From NCBI GenBank assembly GCA_977016875.1, contig CDRNST010000006.1, forward strand, positions 4,464,001 to 4,528,000: DNA of 64,000 nt, written 5' to 3'. The position numbers and the translations under genes were made by a program. The DNA comes from Pavona decussata. Lineage: Eukaryota. Shown here piece by piece: positions 37,901 through 49,777 of the stretch. Below the pieces are notes generated by a model. The model had not been told where the DNA came from, did not search any database, and saw only the letters and a program-made list of their open reading frames with translations. The number at the start of each line of letters is the position of its first letter. Positions within the stretch are counted from its first letter, which is position 1.

Positions 37901-40764
37901 CAATGCATGGGCTGTACGAGACCTTACCATCCCGCTTAAGCATGTAACAGCTCGTAAGAAGATGGAGCAATGGTCGCACTTGTGTCAAGTCCCTTTTCCC
38001 GAAGTACAAAGAAAGAAGGTTTCTATCCTTATCGGAACGAACATCCAGGAAGCCTTTATTCCGTTGGAAGTTAGAAAAGGAAGTCCTAATGAGCCCTTCG
38101 CGATACGATCCTGTCTTGGCTGGAGTATCCTTGGCGGTTCCGGCAGTGTAGGCGGTAGGCGTCAGTTCAACCTGCATCATGCTTCTTCTGAAGATGTTTC
38201 TCTCAACCGACAGTTGGAAGAATTCTGGCGAATTGAGTCCCACGGCACCGTGAAAGAAGCCTTTGGGCCAATGTCTGTTGAGGATCGAAAGGCGCTGAAG
38301 ATAATAGAGAACACAATCTCTAAGGTTGACGGCCATTACCAGATGGGCCTTCTCTGGAGGCAGGAAGTACCCTACCTTCCATTTAATAGAGCCTTGGCAG
38401 AAGGTCGTCTTCAAGCTCTGAAAAGGAGATTTAACCGGGATCCTGGCCTAGAGGAAAAGTACCGCTCCGTCATAGATGACTACGTTACTAAAGGTTATGC
38501 AAGAGAGCTAAACGAAGAAGAGGCCTCTAAGAGATCCAAGATCACTTGGTACTTACCACACCACCCGGTGCTGAACGTTAACAAGCCCAACAAATTACGC
38601 GTGGTATTTGATGCTGCCGCTAAATTTGATGGCACTTCCCTGAACGATCGGTTGTACCATGGCCCAGATCTCACAAATAATCTGGTTGGCGTACTTATTC
38701 GCTTTCGAGAAGAAGAAACTGCATTCACAGCTGACGTAGAGGCGATGTTCCATCAAGTCAAAGTTCTTCCAGAGGATGCAGACGCCCTAAGGTTCTTGTG
38801 GTGGAATGCTTCTTCAAATCTCCCTCCTAAGGAATATCAGATGCTTGTCCACATATTTGGCGCAACTTCATCCCCTTGCTGTGCCAACAAGGCACTTCGA
38901 CAGACGGCAGACAATAATAAAGGCCGAGCTTGACATACCCCTTCAAGGTGTTACGTTCTGGACAGACTCTTTGACGACCTTTCAGTACATTACGAACGAG
39001 AAGAGGCGATTCAAGCCATTCGTTGCTAATGGAGTGAACGAAATTCATGAAGCCTCGACTCCTCAGCAATGGCGACATGTGCCAACATCACTGAACGCAG
39101 CTGACGATGGTTCCAGAGGAATGAAGCTACATGATCTTGACCCAAATTGCCGCTGGCTCTCTGGCCCAAGTTTCCTCCTGAAGCCTGAAGAACATTGGCC
39201 AGTTAGAAGGATTGGCAATATTCCAGAAGACGACAGTGAAGTTCAAGTTGAAAGAACCATCATGGTGATTGACCGTGGATCATCACTGGACCTGCTTCTG
39301 CGTCGCTATTCATCTTGGCCTCGCCTCTTAACTCTTGTCGCCTGGTTGTTACGTTTCATTAACCATGTTCAGAACAAGGGAACTTCTACTGAGAGAGGTG
39401 GAATATCCCTTTCAGAGATACGGTGCTCTTCCAAGAAAATTGTACAGTTGGTACAACGCCAAGCCTTTGCTGAAGAGATTGATTCCTTAGTCGAAGGTCG
39501 TCCAGTTAAATGTCAAAGCAAGCTCGCAACTCTTCTTCCTGTACTCGTAGAAGGAACCATGCGCGTGGGAGGAAGAATTCGTCACGCTCCTATCGCCTTC
39601 GAAGCTGCCCATCCGATGATACTTCCTAAAGATCATCCAGTTTCTACCCTGATCGTGCACTACTACCACGAAATCCTGGGGCATGCCGGTCGAGAGCACG
39701 TACTTTCCTTCATACGACAACATTTCCGGATTATTCAAGCAAGGTCACTCGTGCGCCATGTTCTACGAAGATGCATCGATTGTCGCAAGCGAAATGAAGT
39801 CCCCATGACTCAGTTGATGGCTGACCTGCCAAAGGAACGTCTCACTCCCTATGATCGGCCGTTCACCTACACAGGAGTCGACTTCTTTGGCCCATTCTAC
39901 GTGAAGCGTGGTCAGAGTTCAGAAAAGGTGTACGGTTGCCTCTTTACCTGCCTTACCAGTCGCGCCGTGCATATAGAAGACGTGAGTTCATTAGAGTCCG
40001 ATGCCTTTATTCAAGCCCTCCGCAGATTCATCTCGAATCGTGGGTGTCCCAAAGAAATCTGGAGTGATAACGGAACAAATTTCGTCGGAGCGGACAAGGA
40101 AATTCGCAACTCTATTTGTCAGCGGAATCAGGATGATCTAATCAAGCAGCTAATTAAGGACGGGATTAATTGCTCCTTGTGCCCAATGTTCCAGTGGAAA
40201 TTTCAGCCTCCAGCCGCGAGCCATATGAATGGGGTCTGGGAACGGTTAATTCGAAGTGTGCGAAAGACCATGAAGGCGATCCTTGGCAATCCAGATGCGT
40301 TGGTTGGACTGGAAACCTTACGCACGGTCTTCGCAGAGGTTGTTACCATTCTCAACAGTCGCCCGCTTACTCCCAGCAGTGATGATCCAAGCGACCCGGA
40401 ACCACTCACTCCGAACCACCTTCTGCTGCAACAGAAAAATCTCGCTCTGCCCCCAGGTCTGTTTGTTCGCGAAGCTCTTTACAGAAGAAAACAATGGAGG
40501 AGAGCCCAATTCCTTGCTGACTGCTTCTGGAAACGGTGGCTAAGAGAATACGTTCCAGCTTTACAGCAACGCCAAAAATGGGTTCGTGAGAAAGGAAACT
40601 TGAAGGTCAATGATCTCGTCATGCTTGTGGATGAAAATTCCCCTCGTGGAAGATGGCCCCTTGGCAGAGTTATAGAGATCTTTCCTGGCCACAACCAACG
40701 CGTCCGAGTTGGAGAAGTCGTGAGGCCGATTTCAAAACTTGTATTGCTGGAAGAAGAAGATTAG
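34956..40764 (+). pseudogene. BEL/Pao gag-pol: in-frame TGA at 36762; RT YVDD region and most of RNase H deleted near 38925
   Basis: FDGSP, three Cys/His knuckles, LIDSGS, YLPHHPV, RVVFDA, ADVEAMF, FWTDS, GVDFFGP, SDNGTNF, GVWERL and RPISKL. Confidence 0.93.
36030..36320 (+). repeat. 102-bp (34-aa) in-frame repeat, about 2.8 copies, in the Ser/Pro/Thr-rich gag region
   Basis: VPVVSSRVSSLPAYSTCLTDFPPMPTCASLQASA starts at 36036, 36138 and 36240. Confidence 0.9.
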
Positions 40765-41275
40765 TAACATTGACATTCGCCTACAGTTATTCCCAGAAAC
40801 CTCTTGGACGGTTTGAATGCGCTAGTTCTAAGAACTTTCAGTGACTGATTAATTGATTCGCCTTTATTGCTGAATTTCCGCAAATTCAGCGAAGCCCCCC
40901 AGGATGTTGCGGTTTTTGTTAATTTACACTTTTCCATGTAGTTTTCGTTTTCCGTATCTTTATCCGTGTTAATTGTGTCCTGCACCCTTCATTCCTTCCT
41001 GAACAATTTTTCGCACTATATGTAAATTCAGTGGTATAGAATATTTTCAACACTTTCATTTTATCACTCACCCACCTAAATCCAGCAATTGGTAAGTGTT
41101 TTTTCAGTCGTCCTGTTTTTTGGTTTCAGTTGTCATTTTCGCGTTTATTCTTTTTATAGTCGTTCTTAGTTGTTTCCTGTACTTTCTCTGATAGGTATTT
41201 TACCAAATCCCTTGATTTGAGTGAATAAATTGCTGATTGAAACCTGTGAGTCTCTTCGTGGCCCTTGCCACTTCA

Positions 41276-41280
41276 ATAAT

Positions 41281-41320
<40 letters not shown>
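41276..41320. repeat. (AAT)n microsatellite
   Basis: Direct reading; continues the tract at 34541-34561. Confidence 0.95.
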
Positions 41321-42229
41321 GCCGTTTATTCACAAATCCATCAAAATCCATGTTCACAAATCCAAGAGAAAGGCTAAGCTTAGCTTATAGTTAAGCTAGG
41401 CGTTTGGAATCTACTTTTATGTCCAGTTTACCCTAGGGCAACCAAAAGACTTGGTTTAGTTGCCCATAGAATATTTTGGTTGTCCAAGCTCTTGCCCCAC
41501 TTCAAGGCAAACTAATAGTTATACAGGTAGCTAAACAGTGAGTTTTATTAATTTTAACAAGCAAATGAAATAAAATTACAGTGATCTGTATTTAAATAAA
41601 GTGTCTTATGTGCCTCACTTATTTTGTGTTTTTTTTTATCCCATCAAGATGAAAAGTATTGTTCCCTATTTGGCCGTCTGCAATAACTGCAAAACATTGC
41701 GTTTTCTTTCTGGTGAAATTCAAGCCAAGGTCTACCGGTCTTCTCGAAGAAGCTGCAGTTCCTGGGTGAGCTGAAAAATTCCAGCCCTCTTTTTCGCCAC
41801 TTCCACATCTTTCATGACATTGTTAGTTCGCAGTTGGTCATTTTCTGCCAGGAGGTTGCAAAAGTGTGCGTCGCACACCTCTAGAAGTGGCAAGGAGACA
41901 ATGGTCTGTTCTGCCTCGAAATGCCTGGGTCCTTGCCTGTAGAGTACATGTTGAGGCTTCTCGATCTTGAACTTTGAAAACATTTTCCTGAACTTTTTTT
42001 GAACGGTCTTTCCCGAAGACAAGTGTAAAATGATTGTCGTCAAGTGGCATGCGTCTTTAGAGTAATTGTTGTCAACACATTCTCTATTAGAACTGAGTTG
42101 AATACGCATGATGAAACAAGAACACAATGATGTCAACCGAGCGTGAAATTCGAAAATGCTAAAAAATGTCTTATGTACGGTGGCTTATTAGGGCCATCAA
42201 AAGTACCAGTTTATTTTTCCCTTAGACAA

Positions 42230-42392
42230 TTAGTAACTGTCCATTGGCAGTCAATAACTGTACATCGACGGTTATAACTGTTGATCGACACTTATAACTG
42301 TCAAAAAGAGGAACTGTCGATCGACAGTTATAACTGTCGGTCAACACTTGTAACTGTCGGTCGACACTTGTAACTGTCGATCGACACTTAGT
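42230..42392. repeat. Array of ~20-bp palindromic units (taactgtcgatcgacacttg)
   Basis: About 8 degenerate copies; possibly transposon subterminal repeats. Confidence 0.8.
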
Positions 42393-42857
42393 ACCAATCT
42401 GGTACCAGTCTCTGCGGGACAAAGACGTGCCAGTGCTTTCTTCAAGATGGCGGACATGGACGAGGTAAGGTTACTTTGTCTCTAACTTAACAACAACAAC
42501 AACAAACAACAATTTATTACAAGAGAAGACTTATTACAATATTAGCTCTAGGAGGAGACTAGGAGAGACCCAGGATGGGTCCAAGCTTGTAACTTCTGTC
42601 CAAGAAATCCAGTCCTGTCTAGCTGCGCCTGGGTCTCTTAGGCTAACCTACATCCTTCATTGGACAATAATTATAACAGATTATAATATTCAAGTATGCT
42701 TTTTATATAGGAACTGCAACCCCGTTTTGTTGACAAGGAGTTGACAGCTGCAAATAAAATTGGGACCAGAAACTCAGGCGACTGGATTCGTCATGATATT
42801 TTTGGTAAAAAAATTATCAAAATTAAAATTAAAGAGTTTGCACTATTTATGTTTCAG

Positions 42858-43074
42858 GTTTGAACCAGTTGTATGTCTCGGTATTACTGAACGGATAGCA
42901 AATGCCTTCTACACTTGTTATTAGGCTTGCAAATGCTGTCCGAATTCCTTCGAAGTTTTTAAAGAGCTAGCTAAGATGATAATGGAGGATGACGGTCTAA
43001 GTTCTCCAAGAAACCCAGATGAGGCTTTGCAACTTTATATAGATCTTACCGAACACATTGAGGAAATCATGTGA
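42858..43074 (+). pseudogene. C-terminal remnant of an integrase-core (IS3EU-like) transposase; possible first exon MADMDE|GTAAG at 42448
   Basis: FKELAKMIMEDDGLSSPRNPDEALQLYIDLTEHIEEIM-stop resembles C-termini of this family as I recall them; the catalytic core is absent. Confidence 0.45.
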
Positions 43075-44257
43075 AACCAAATTATGTTACCCTTACACAT
43101 GAAAAGGTTTCAACAAAAATTACAATACACTGCAAGACAGCCCTGGGAGTTTGGGGGCGGGGGGGGGAGGGGTACTTAATGTTTTGGGTGGCTATGTGCC
43201 GCCCGGGTATTCAAAGTTGGACCCCATGTTAGAAAGAATTTGCACCAAGAGAAGATAATGGTACAGAGAGGGAGACACCCGATCCAGCCTTTGGGATATG
43301 TGAATTTCGCCAGTTATTTTTTTAACCTTCTAGATTGGTAGACCCACTTGGGCGGCACCTACCCGTACAGGTATTTTGCCCCCTCCCCCTCCCCCAACAT
43401 GCAACAGTCATTTCATGTGTTACTCATTGTTATCGGTGTTGGTTTGCTCCCATTACAATCAAGTTACTGTTAATTAAAGTTGTTAGCTTCTCTGTTCTGG
43501 ATTGCGTAAAAGCAGCATATTTGGCTTACATAGTCTTATGGTAAGCAAAATAAATTTAGGTTTTAGGTTTTATTTGCCATGACACTGAAAGAAATAAAGA
43601 TAGCAGTTTGCCCTCACTTCACAACTTAATTAATGTAACATAACGTTAACCAAACTACACTAGTTTAGAAATATGCACCTGCCAATAAGCAACTAGCAGC
43701 ACATGTAGGCGGCAAACGAAATATTTGTAAAGATGGCACTGATTGGAAAATGTTTCCCTTACGAATCTCAAAGAAAGGTAGCCTGGGCCATAAGCTGGGC
43801 GGCTCGCTTCGCCAAAATCGCGGCACGTTAATTAACTTTGTGATTACATGACAGCCCAGCTAGTCCGGTTAGCTAGAATCCCGGTATGGAGATAACGTAA
43901 TACCGGGATAAAAGTCACCTCGGCAAAGCGAGCCAGCCCGGCAAATGGGGCCTGGGGTTCGTTTCTGGAAGGTCCCGATAATTGCTAGTCCCAAAAAGAT
44001 GTTTTTCGTTTAGCGTGTCTTCATTTAATATTGATTATTGAATGTACATTTTAAAATATGACGTCGGGCACGAAAAGTTAACGAGACTTTCGAAATAATG
44101 GGCCCTAGCCCAGCTCATGCAAACAAGTCCTTTGTGAAAAATCTACTCAGTTTTTTGGTTAACAATAAAAAGGACGAAATTTTATTTGTTATTGTTACTT
44201 TTACAATCAATACTAATTACTGTAAAAACAACTTTATTTATTCTTCGTTTTTTTCAA

Positions 44258-44436
44258 CCCTTTAAATCCCAGGAGTGATCAAAATCTAATTTCTCATCAC
44301 AATACCAATTCATTATCAAGCAAACAGGTGACAATAATGTCTTGATATGTCTTGACTTGTTACTAAATTCCCATAACAGACATTGAAAAAACTGTATGGC
44401 TGTAAGTAAAACATTTTGAACTTGGGACTGAAAGGG
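44258..44436. mobile_element. piggyBac-like MITE
   Basis: CCCTTT...AAAGGG termini flanked by TCAA and TTAA. Confidence 0.65.
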
Positions 44437-45014
44437 TTAAATGTTTTCTAAATACGAAAGGAATGTAAACACTTGACATTAAGCAACGATTATTTCCAGT
44501 CATAAATTACACACGTTTAAGAGAAATTACGAGGCCCACAATTCACACTCTTTACAGTACAGTGTGTTGCAAATAGATCATCTGGCTTTGTAATTGGAAA
44601 TCTATGAACTCAACAAGGTAGAACAACAATGCAAATAGCAGGTAACGGACCATTTTCCATTCCGTTTAAACAGTGCTACGTTAACGTAACCTTGAATACA
44701 CATGAATGGCATGTAAAACAGGAAAAAAATAATTAATTCCCTACTGTGATGTACAGCACTATCCCTATTACTTCAAACGAGTGTACGGACACTACTGGAG
44801 ATATGGGCAAATAACGTTTTCTACAACCATTGCATGAAATGTAATCACGTGGATCATTAAGGTCTTAACCAACAACGTGCAATTTAAAAAGGGTGAACAG
44901 GAACAAACAGTACAAGTAATAAAAACTGTCTTCAACATTAAAAGTCAATTGTTACGCTGAGTCTCTCTATGCTTTGAAACACTATTACACTGTATCCGCT
45001 TACATTCAAGCTGC

Positions 45015-46100
45015 TTACAACGATGTGATTTTCCATGCAAGTTCATTATTTAGTAGAGAATCGATTTGGATTCTAAAGTCGTTCAAACTTGCATACCCAC
45101 TATCAGGCAAGTCGATTGAAGCTGCACAGGTATGTGTGCGAGGGTGTGGTAAGGATCCTAACTCATTAACGTGAAACATCACCTTGATACACTCTACAAC
45201 TGGTACAGGACTCCCAGTGGCATAACGTAGAAATCAGCCAAGCTCCTTACGGCTGAGGTACCTTATGTATTTCTTCAGGTAAGAGAAAATTTTGTCCCTG
45301 GACCTGTTTAAATGGGTAGATGGCTCTTCTGCAAGCATTGTAATAACTTGTTGTGGTGTGAGCTGCATCATGTTATACATCTTTGTTACATCCTTTTTCG
45401 AACAATTCCACAAATTTCCAAAGTCTCCATCCCGAAGACCTTCTCTCATACCATCCATCGCCATAGCAGGTTTTGATAACAACTCATTCTTGGCTACTTG
45501 TACTAAATCGGCTTTGAGGTTGGACGCCAGTCGCCTTTTGGTTATCTAGTAATCACTGAAAAAATCCAGTAAAAACTCACAAGATTCACCAGAGAGCTCT
45601 CCTTGGTCTGACTGTGTTAGGATTGCTGTCAACTCCTGGGATTCATTTTCTGATATGTATTCCAGGAAAGCCTCTATTAAGTCTTCATCACTGACTGCCT
45701 GTCGTCCACAGAGCGTAGCCACCATAAACGCCTTGTTGATATGAACAGGGAATATGCCAGTGAGGACATATTGGTGGCTGATAATGTGTCCAAGTGTTCT
45801 CATTGTGGACTCCTCAATTTCTGGACTTACTCGCGGAACAAATGTAGAACTTCCTTCAAAGAAGTCCTCCAGGGCTTGCTTCCAGAATAGAGAATAAGCT
45901 CCTCTCTTTAGCCCATCTAGATTCATCCCAACCTCTCCGTGGAAAGAAAAGGTGACAAGCTGCTGTGTTATTTCTCTTGAGTTTTCGTACGTTTTGAGAA
46001 GGTCACGCATGACAGTCTCTCGATGAACCCAGACGTTTGTTACACCAGACAACTTATCGAGCACATCCATTCTTCTTTGCTTCAAGTCGTAAATAAACAT
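45015..46100 (-). pseudogene. Intronless HECT-domain E3 ubiquitin ligase-like ORF with two in-frame stops (45546, 45234)
   Basis: VWVHRETV, FSFHGEVG..DGLKR, FFEGS, FLRYATGS and PRTHTC (catalytic Cys), all in one frame. Confidence 0.8.
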
Positions 46101-46174
46101 AAATTAACATTACATGCCATTACTTGTTATTACACATTACACCCTCTTTACACAATCTTTCCCCTGGGAAGCCT

Positions 46175-46412
46175 CGATTGTGCGCTGTCAACTCTAAGAG
46201 ACAATGATAGCATTTCAATTAAAATCCAGGACAAAGGTTCGAAATTTGTGGTCATTGATACAGAGGAGTATAACACCAAAATGAGGGAACAACTACAAAA
46301 CCCGCTCCATTATGATAAACTTAGTTCCGAACCTAGCTCTGACCATGTAGAAGTTATTTCTAATTGGGCAAACAGGTGGCTTGAAAAGGGACAAATTAAT
46401 GATGACATTGTT
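46175..46412 (+). mobile_element. Penelope-like RT N-terminal fragment
   Basis: IKIQDKGSKFVVIDTEEY..YDKLSSEP. Confidence 0.7.
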
Positions 46413-48104
46413 CAGCAAGCCCCTGTTTTTTTCCGGCTACACTGGCTTGAACACGGGTGATGCCGTGTTCAAGCAAAAACTTAGCGGGCACCTTTTAGCA
46501 AAATTACACGGATATAAATTTTATATATATACAGTGGGTGTATATATTTATTTATTTGTTCAAGCACAAGTGTCATTTATGTCAGGAGGACTTTCAATAC
46601 CGGTTTGCACTGAATTGACAGCAGTAGTCTAAGGGCTTTTTTAAATTAAGTGAGTGACTTAATGTCCCGCATACATAAACGTAGTTGTGGCATCACAGTT
46701 GTGCATAGTATCTTAATTATTTTATAAGAGAAATACAAAACTTTTTTGTGCTGCCATATCCTGATATTAACACTCGATGGGATGGGCAAATTGCTGTCTA
46801 TTTCTTACAGTATCAGGTAAAATGTAACTGAACCAAGGCAGTAACAGTACAATTCCAATGTAAAGGTTCACCTTCAATGTTTGTGAACTTAATCACAGAT
46901 ACTGATGTGGTGTTTATTGTGGCCTTGCTTCTATTAAAATAGATACCACATCGGTTCATTTGTTTTAAATAATAATAATAATAACAATAATAATAATAAT
47001 AATAATAAAATTCAATAGTCAACTTGCTTATATAGTACTGTGCACAAAACAACACAAGGAGAAAGTAAAAGATTAACATACAATTGCAGTGTCTTGTGTT
47101 TCCTTCTCCTCAGATCTCATGTCAAATTGTGGCAGATATTGTTGCCTAAAGCGGTATCCAGGACTTTTCCTTATCCTTGTCTGAAATTAAAAGGAGTAAT
47201 CAGTAGTGCAAGATTTATGTGTGCCAAGTGCTCAATCTGTCAAGGACTTTAAAAGTGAAGTAAAGTTGTCACTAAAAGACTACATTCTAATTGTTTGTAA
47301 ACTTTTGGAGTCATATATCTTTTCCTTGGTACTGGAAGTCATAAATATCGCAGCTGTTAACTGTAAAACATCTTTCATGCGTGAGTGATCTGTAACATGC
47401 AATGCATTTTGGGAATGATTGAAGATGGTGGAATAGAAAAACAAACAAAGCCACAGGAATCCCACTGTACACAATACCGGGACCCCACAACTCTTTCTAT
47501 TTATATCACAGTGTTTCGCACTGTAGTGTCCATTAATAATGAGCTACCTTTATATGACAAACTTTACGACTTGTCAGTTCTCCCTACCATTTAGGAAACT
47601 GCGATACAAATGGGAATGATATGGGCTAATTCTACCTTGTGGTACCCATTTTTTCTTGTGATCTTACCACTTGCTGTCAATCCAACGAAGTCTTAAGTGA
47701 AGAAAGATACAGAAATAGAAATAATTTCCTTGCATCACAAACAAGCAATAATAATAATGAAACGATAAACTTCAAGCAAAACTATAGATAGGGATACGGT
47801 GACTGTCTTAGGTGAGTAGTTAGACTGAGGTGCCACAACTACCACACCCCTTTACAAGATCTCTTAACAGGGAAAGGGGCTCTGCTTTGCGCCTTGGATG
47901 GAATCTATCTGTAGACACCCCAAGAAAGTGGCAGATACTCTTTATCGTGGCTAAGCTGAGTGTTTTCGTTCTGCCCTTTTTTGTTATTTAACTCTCCCAC
48001 GATTGATAATATCTGACACCTTGTTTCCCAGCTAGATGCGGTTCAGTAGGACTCGGCCAGTGCCTTAAGACATTTTCAGTCTTCTTGTTGTTCGCCGATA
48101 CCTA

Positions 48105-48375
48105 CAATCCTGGCCAAAAAATCCCGGGACAAGAACACAAAATAGCATTGTCAGTGAACATTTTCATTCTCCATATCTTAAGCCAGTCTTCAACATTTTT
48201 ATTAAGCTGTCTTTGCAACTTTTGGGAAGGCCCCCTCCCCCCAAACAATGTTAAGCGCAACTGGAACACTTTCTGACCGTAGATAAACTCAGCATCGTAA
48301 CAACATTGCTTGGGGGGTGGGGGAACAGTTCATGATTAATTTTGCAAATCGTCGCATTATTTTTGGCCAGGATTG
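48105..48375. mobile_element. Mariner-like MITE
   Basis: TIR CAATCCTGGCCAAAAA; TA on the left flank, TC on the right. Confidence 0.7.
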
Positions 48376-49777
48376 TCTGATTTTAGCGTTGCTTTTAAAT
48401 TGGCAAATAATATCATTTTAAAGACAATTTGTGACCACACACGGGAAAACGTACACTAACGCTTTACCGTTTAACGGGCAAAACTAACGGCTAACTAACA
48501 GAGAGCTAACGTGGAGCTAACGAATTGAAACTGCCTCCTAACGGTTTGCAAAAGCGTTATAACGGAAAGCTGGAACGTTAAACGGTTCAGTCAGTTCGGC
48601 TAACGGTTAGTTTGAAGCGTTTAACGCTTTAGCAAAGCGTTAAACGATTAGTTAACGAACGACTCGAGGCGTTAGACGGTCATTGAACGGATCCAATCGT
48701 TCAAGTAAAGTTATTACAGTGTAAGTGTATTCAGCTCAGCGGCGCGATCAATAAACGAACAACTGCTCGCAAAAAAATATGCAAACGCTCAAGCTGAATT
48801 CCTAACTGTGATTAACAAAGCAAACCACACCGTTAAACGATTACTCGAAATGCTCAAGGCATTAGACGGTCAGTGAATGGATAACCTGAAAGTTTTCAAT
48901 CGTTCCAGTATAAGCTGAAGTGCAATTACAACCGGCGCTATCGATAAACTAACAACTACTTTATAATTATGCAAGCAAACAAACAAGTTGAATTCGTTAT
49001 TGTGAATAACACTTAGTTAAAATGGAACTAATAAGGAGCAGTACCGTGAGCTTTTCAAAATCAAGCGCTTAAAGGCTTGCCAGCATCAGTTGTTTGAGGA
49101 AAACACCCACAGTTTACTGTACAGATTTGATATTATAAAACCACTTTGCCATAAATGTAGTGAAGGTTTGGTGCCAAAAGATGTTTTTATTTCTGAAAAG
49201 AGCCACATAACTCCCGGAAACCATCACCAAGAATCGACAGAATGATACGTAAACAACATAACGTCACGTGGACAATCACATGATAGCTAATAATTATCGC
49301 GCGCACGTGGAAGAGGCAGGAGCTTGAAATCGCATCAACAAGGGTTCGCGTCGCGTCTTGGAGAGCTAAATCAAGCGATTCGTCTTCGCGCTACTGCCAT
49401 GTGGAACTTAGTTAATCGAATGAAATTCGACTTGAGAACTACGTTTGAAACCAACTCGTGCTACTGCCGTGTAGTTCGGCAAAGGTTGCTGTGTTACACG
49501 GCAGTACACAACTTGGTTTCAAACGTCGTGCTACTGCCGTGGCGATTTAAAAAAAAATTAATTAACATTTTGGATTAATATCAATTACGGCATTCGTCCG
49601 CTACTTGAAAGCTATTTGAACGCGGCTTAAAAAAACAACAACAGACATTTGTTTACTTCGCAGTTATGTTATTTATTTCAAACGTTTCTGACATTGCAAA
49701 ATAACATCTCCTTAGTTACAATGGTTAAGGAAAATAGCTAAAAAAAGATCACGAAATCAAAATGTTTACAGTGAATT

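Larger units (their letters stand above)
34562..41275 (+). mobile_element. BEL/Pao LTR retrotransposon, internally deleted
   Basis: 371-bp LTRs at 34562-34932 and 40905-41275 (TG...CA, about 5 differences); TSD ATAAT. Confidence 0.97.

Noticed and set aside
41166-41357. Poly-Leu signal-peptide-like ORF
   Set aside because: It is the translation of the (AAT)n microsatellite plus LTR sequence.
22000-42200. ProtoRAG (RAG1L-RAG2L) transposon
   Set aside because: No kelch/PHD RAG2-like gene and no CACAGTG/CACTATG-type TIR were found; only core motifs match.
42230-42392. Palindromic short repeats as a CRISPR array
   Set aside because: No spacers; the units abut and are degenerate.
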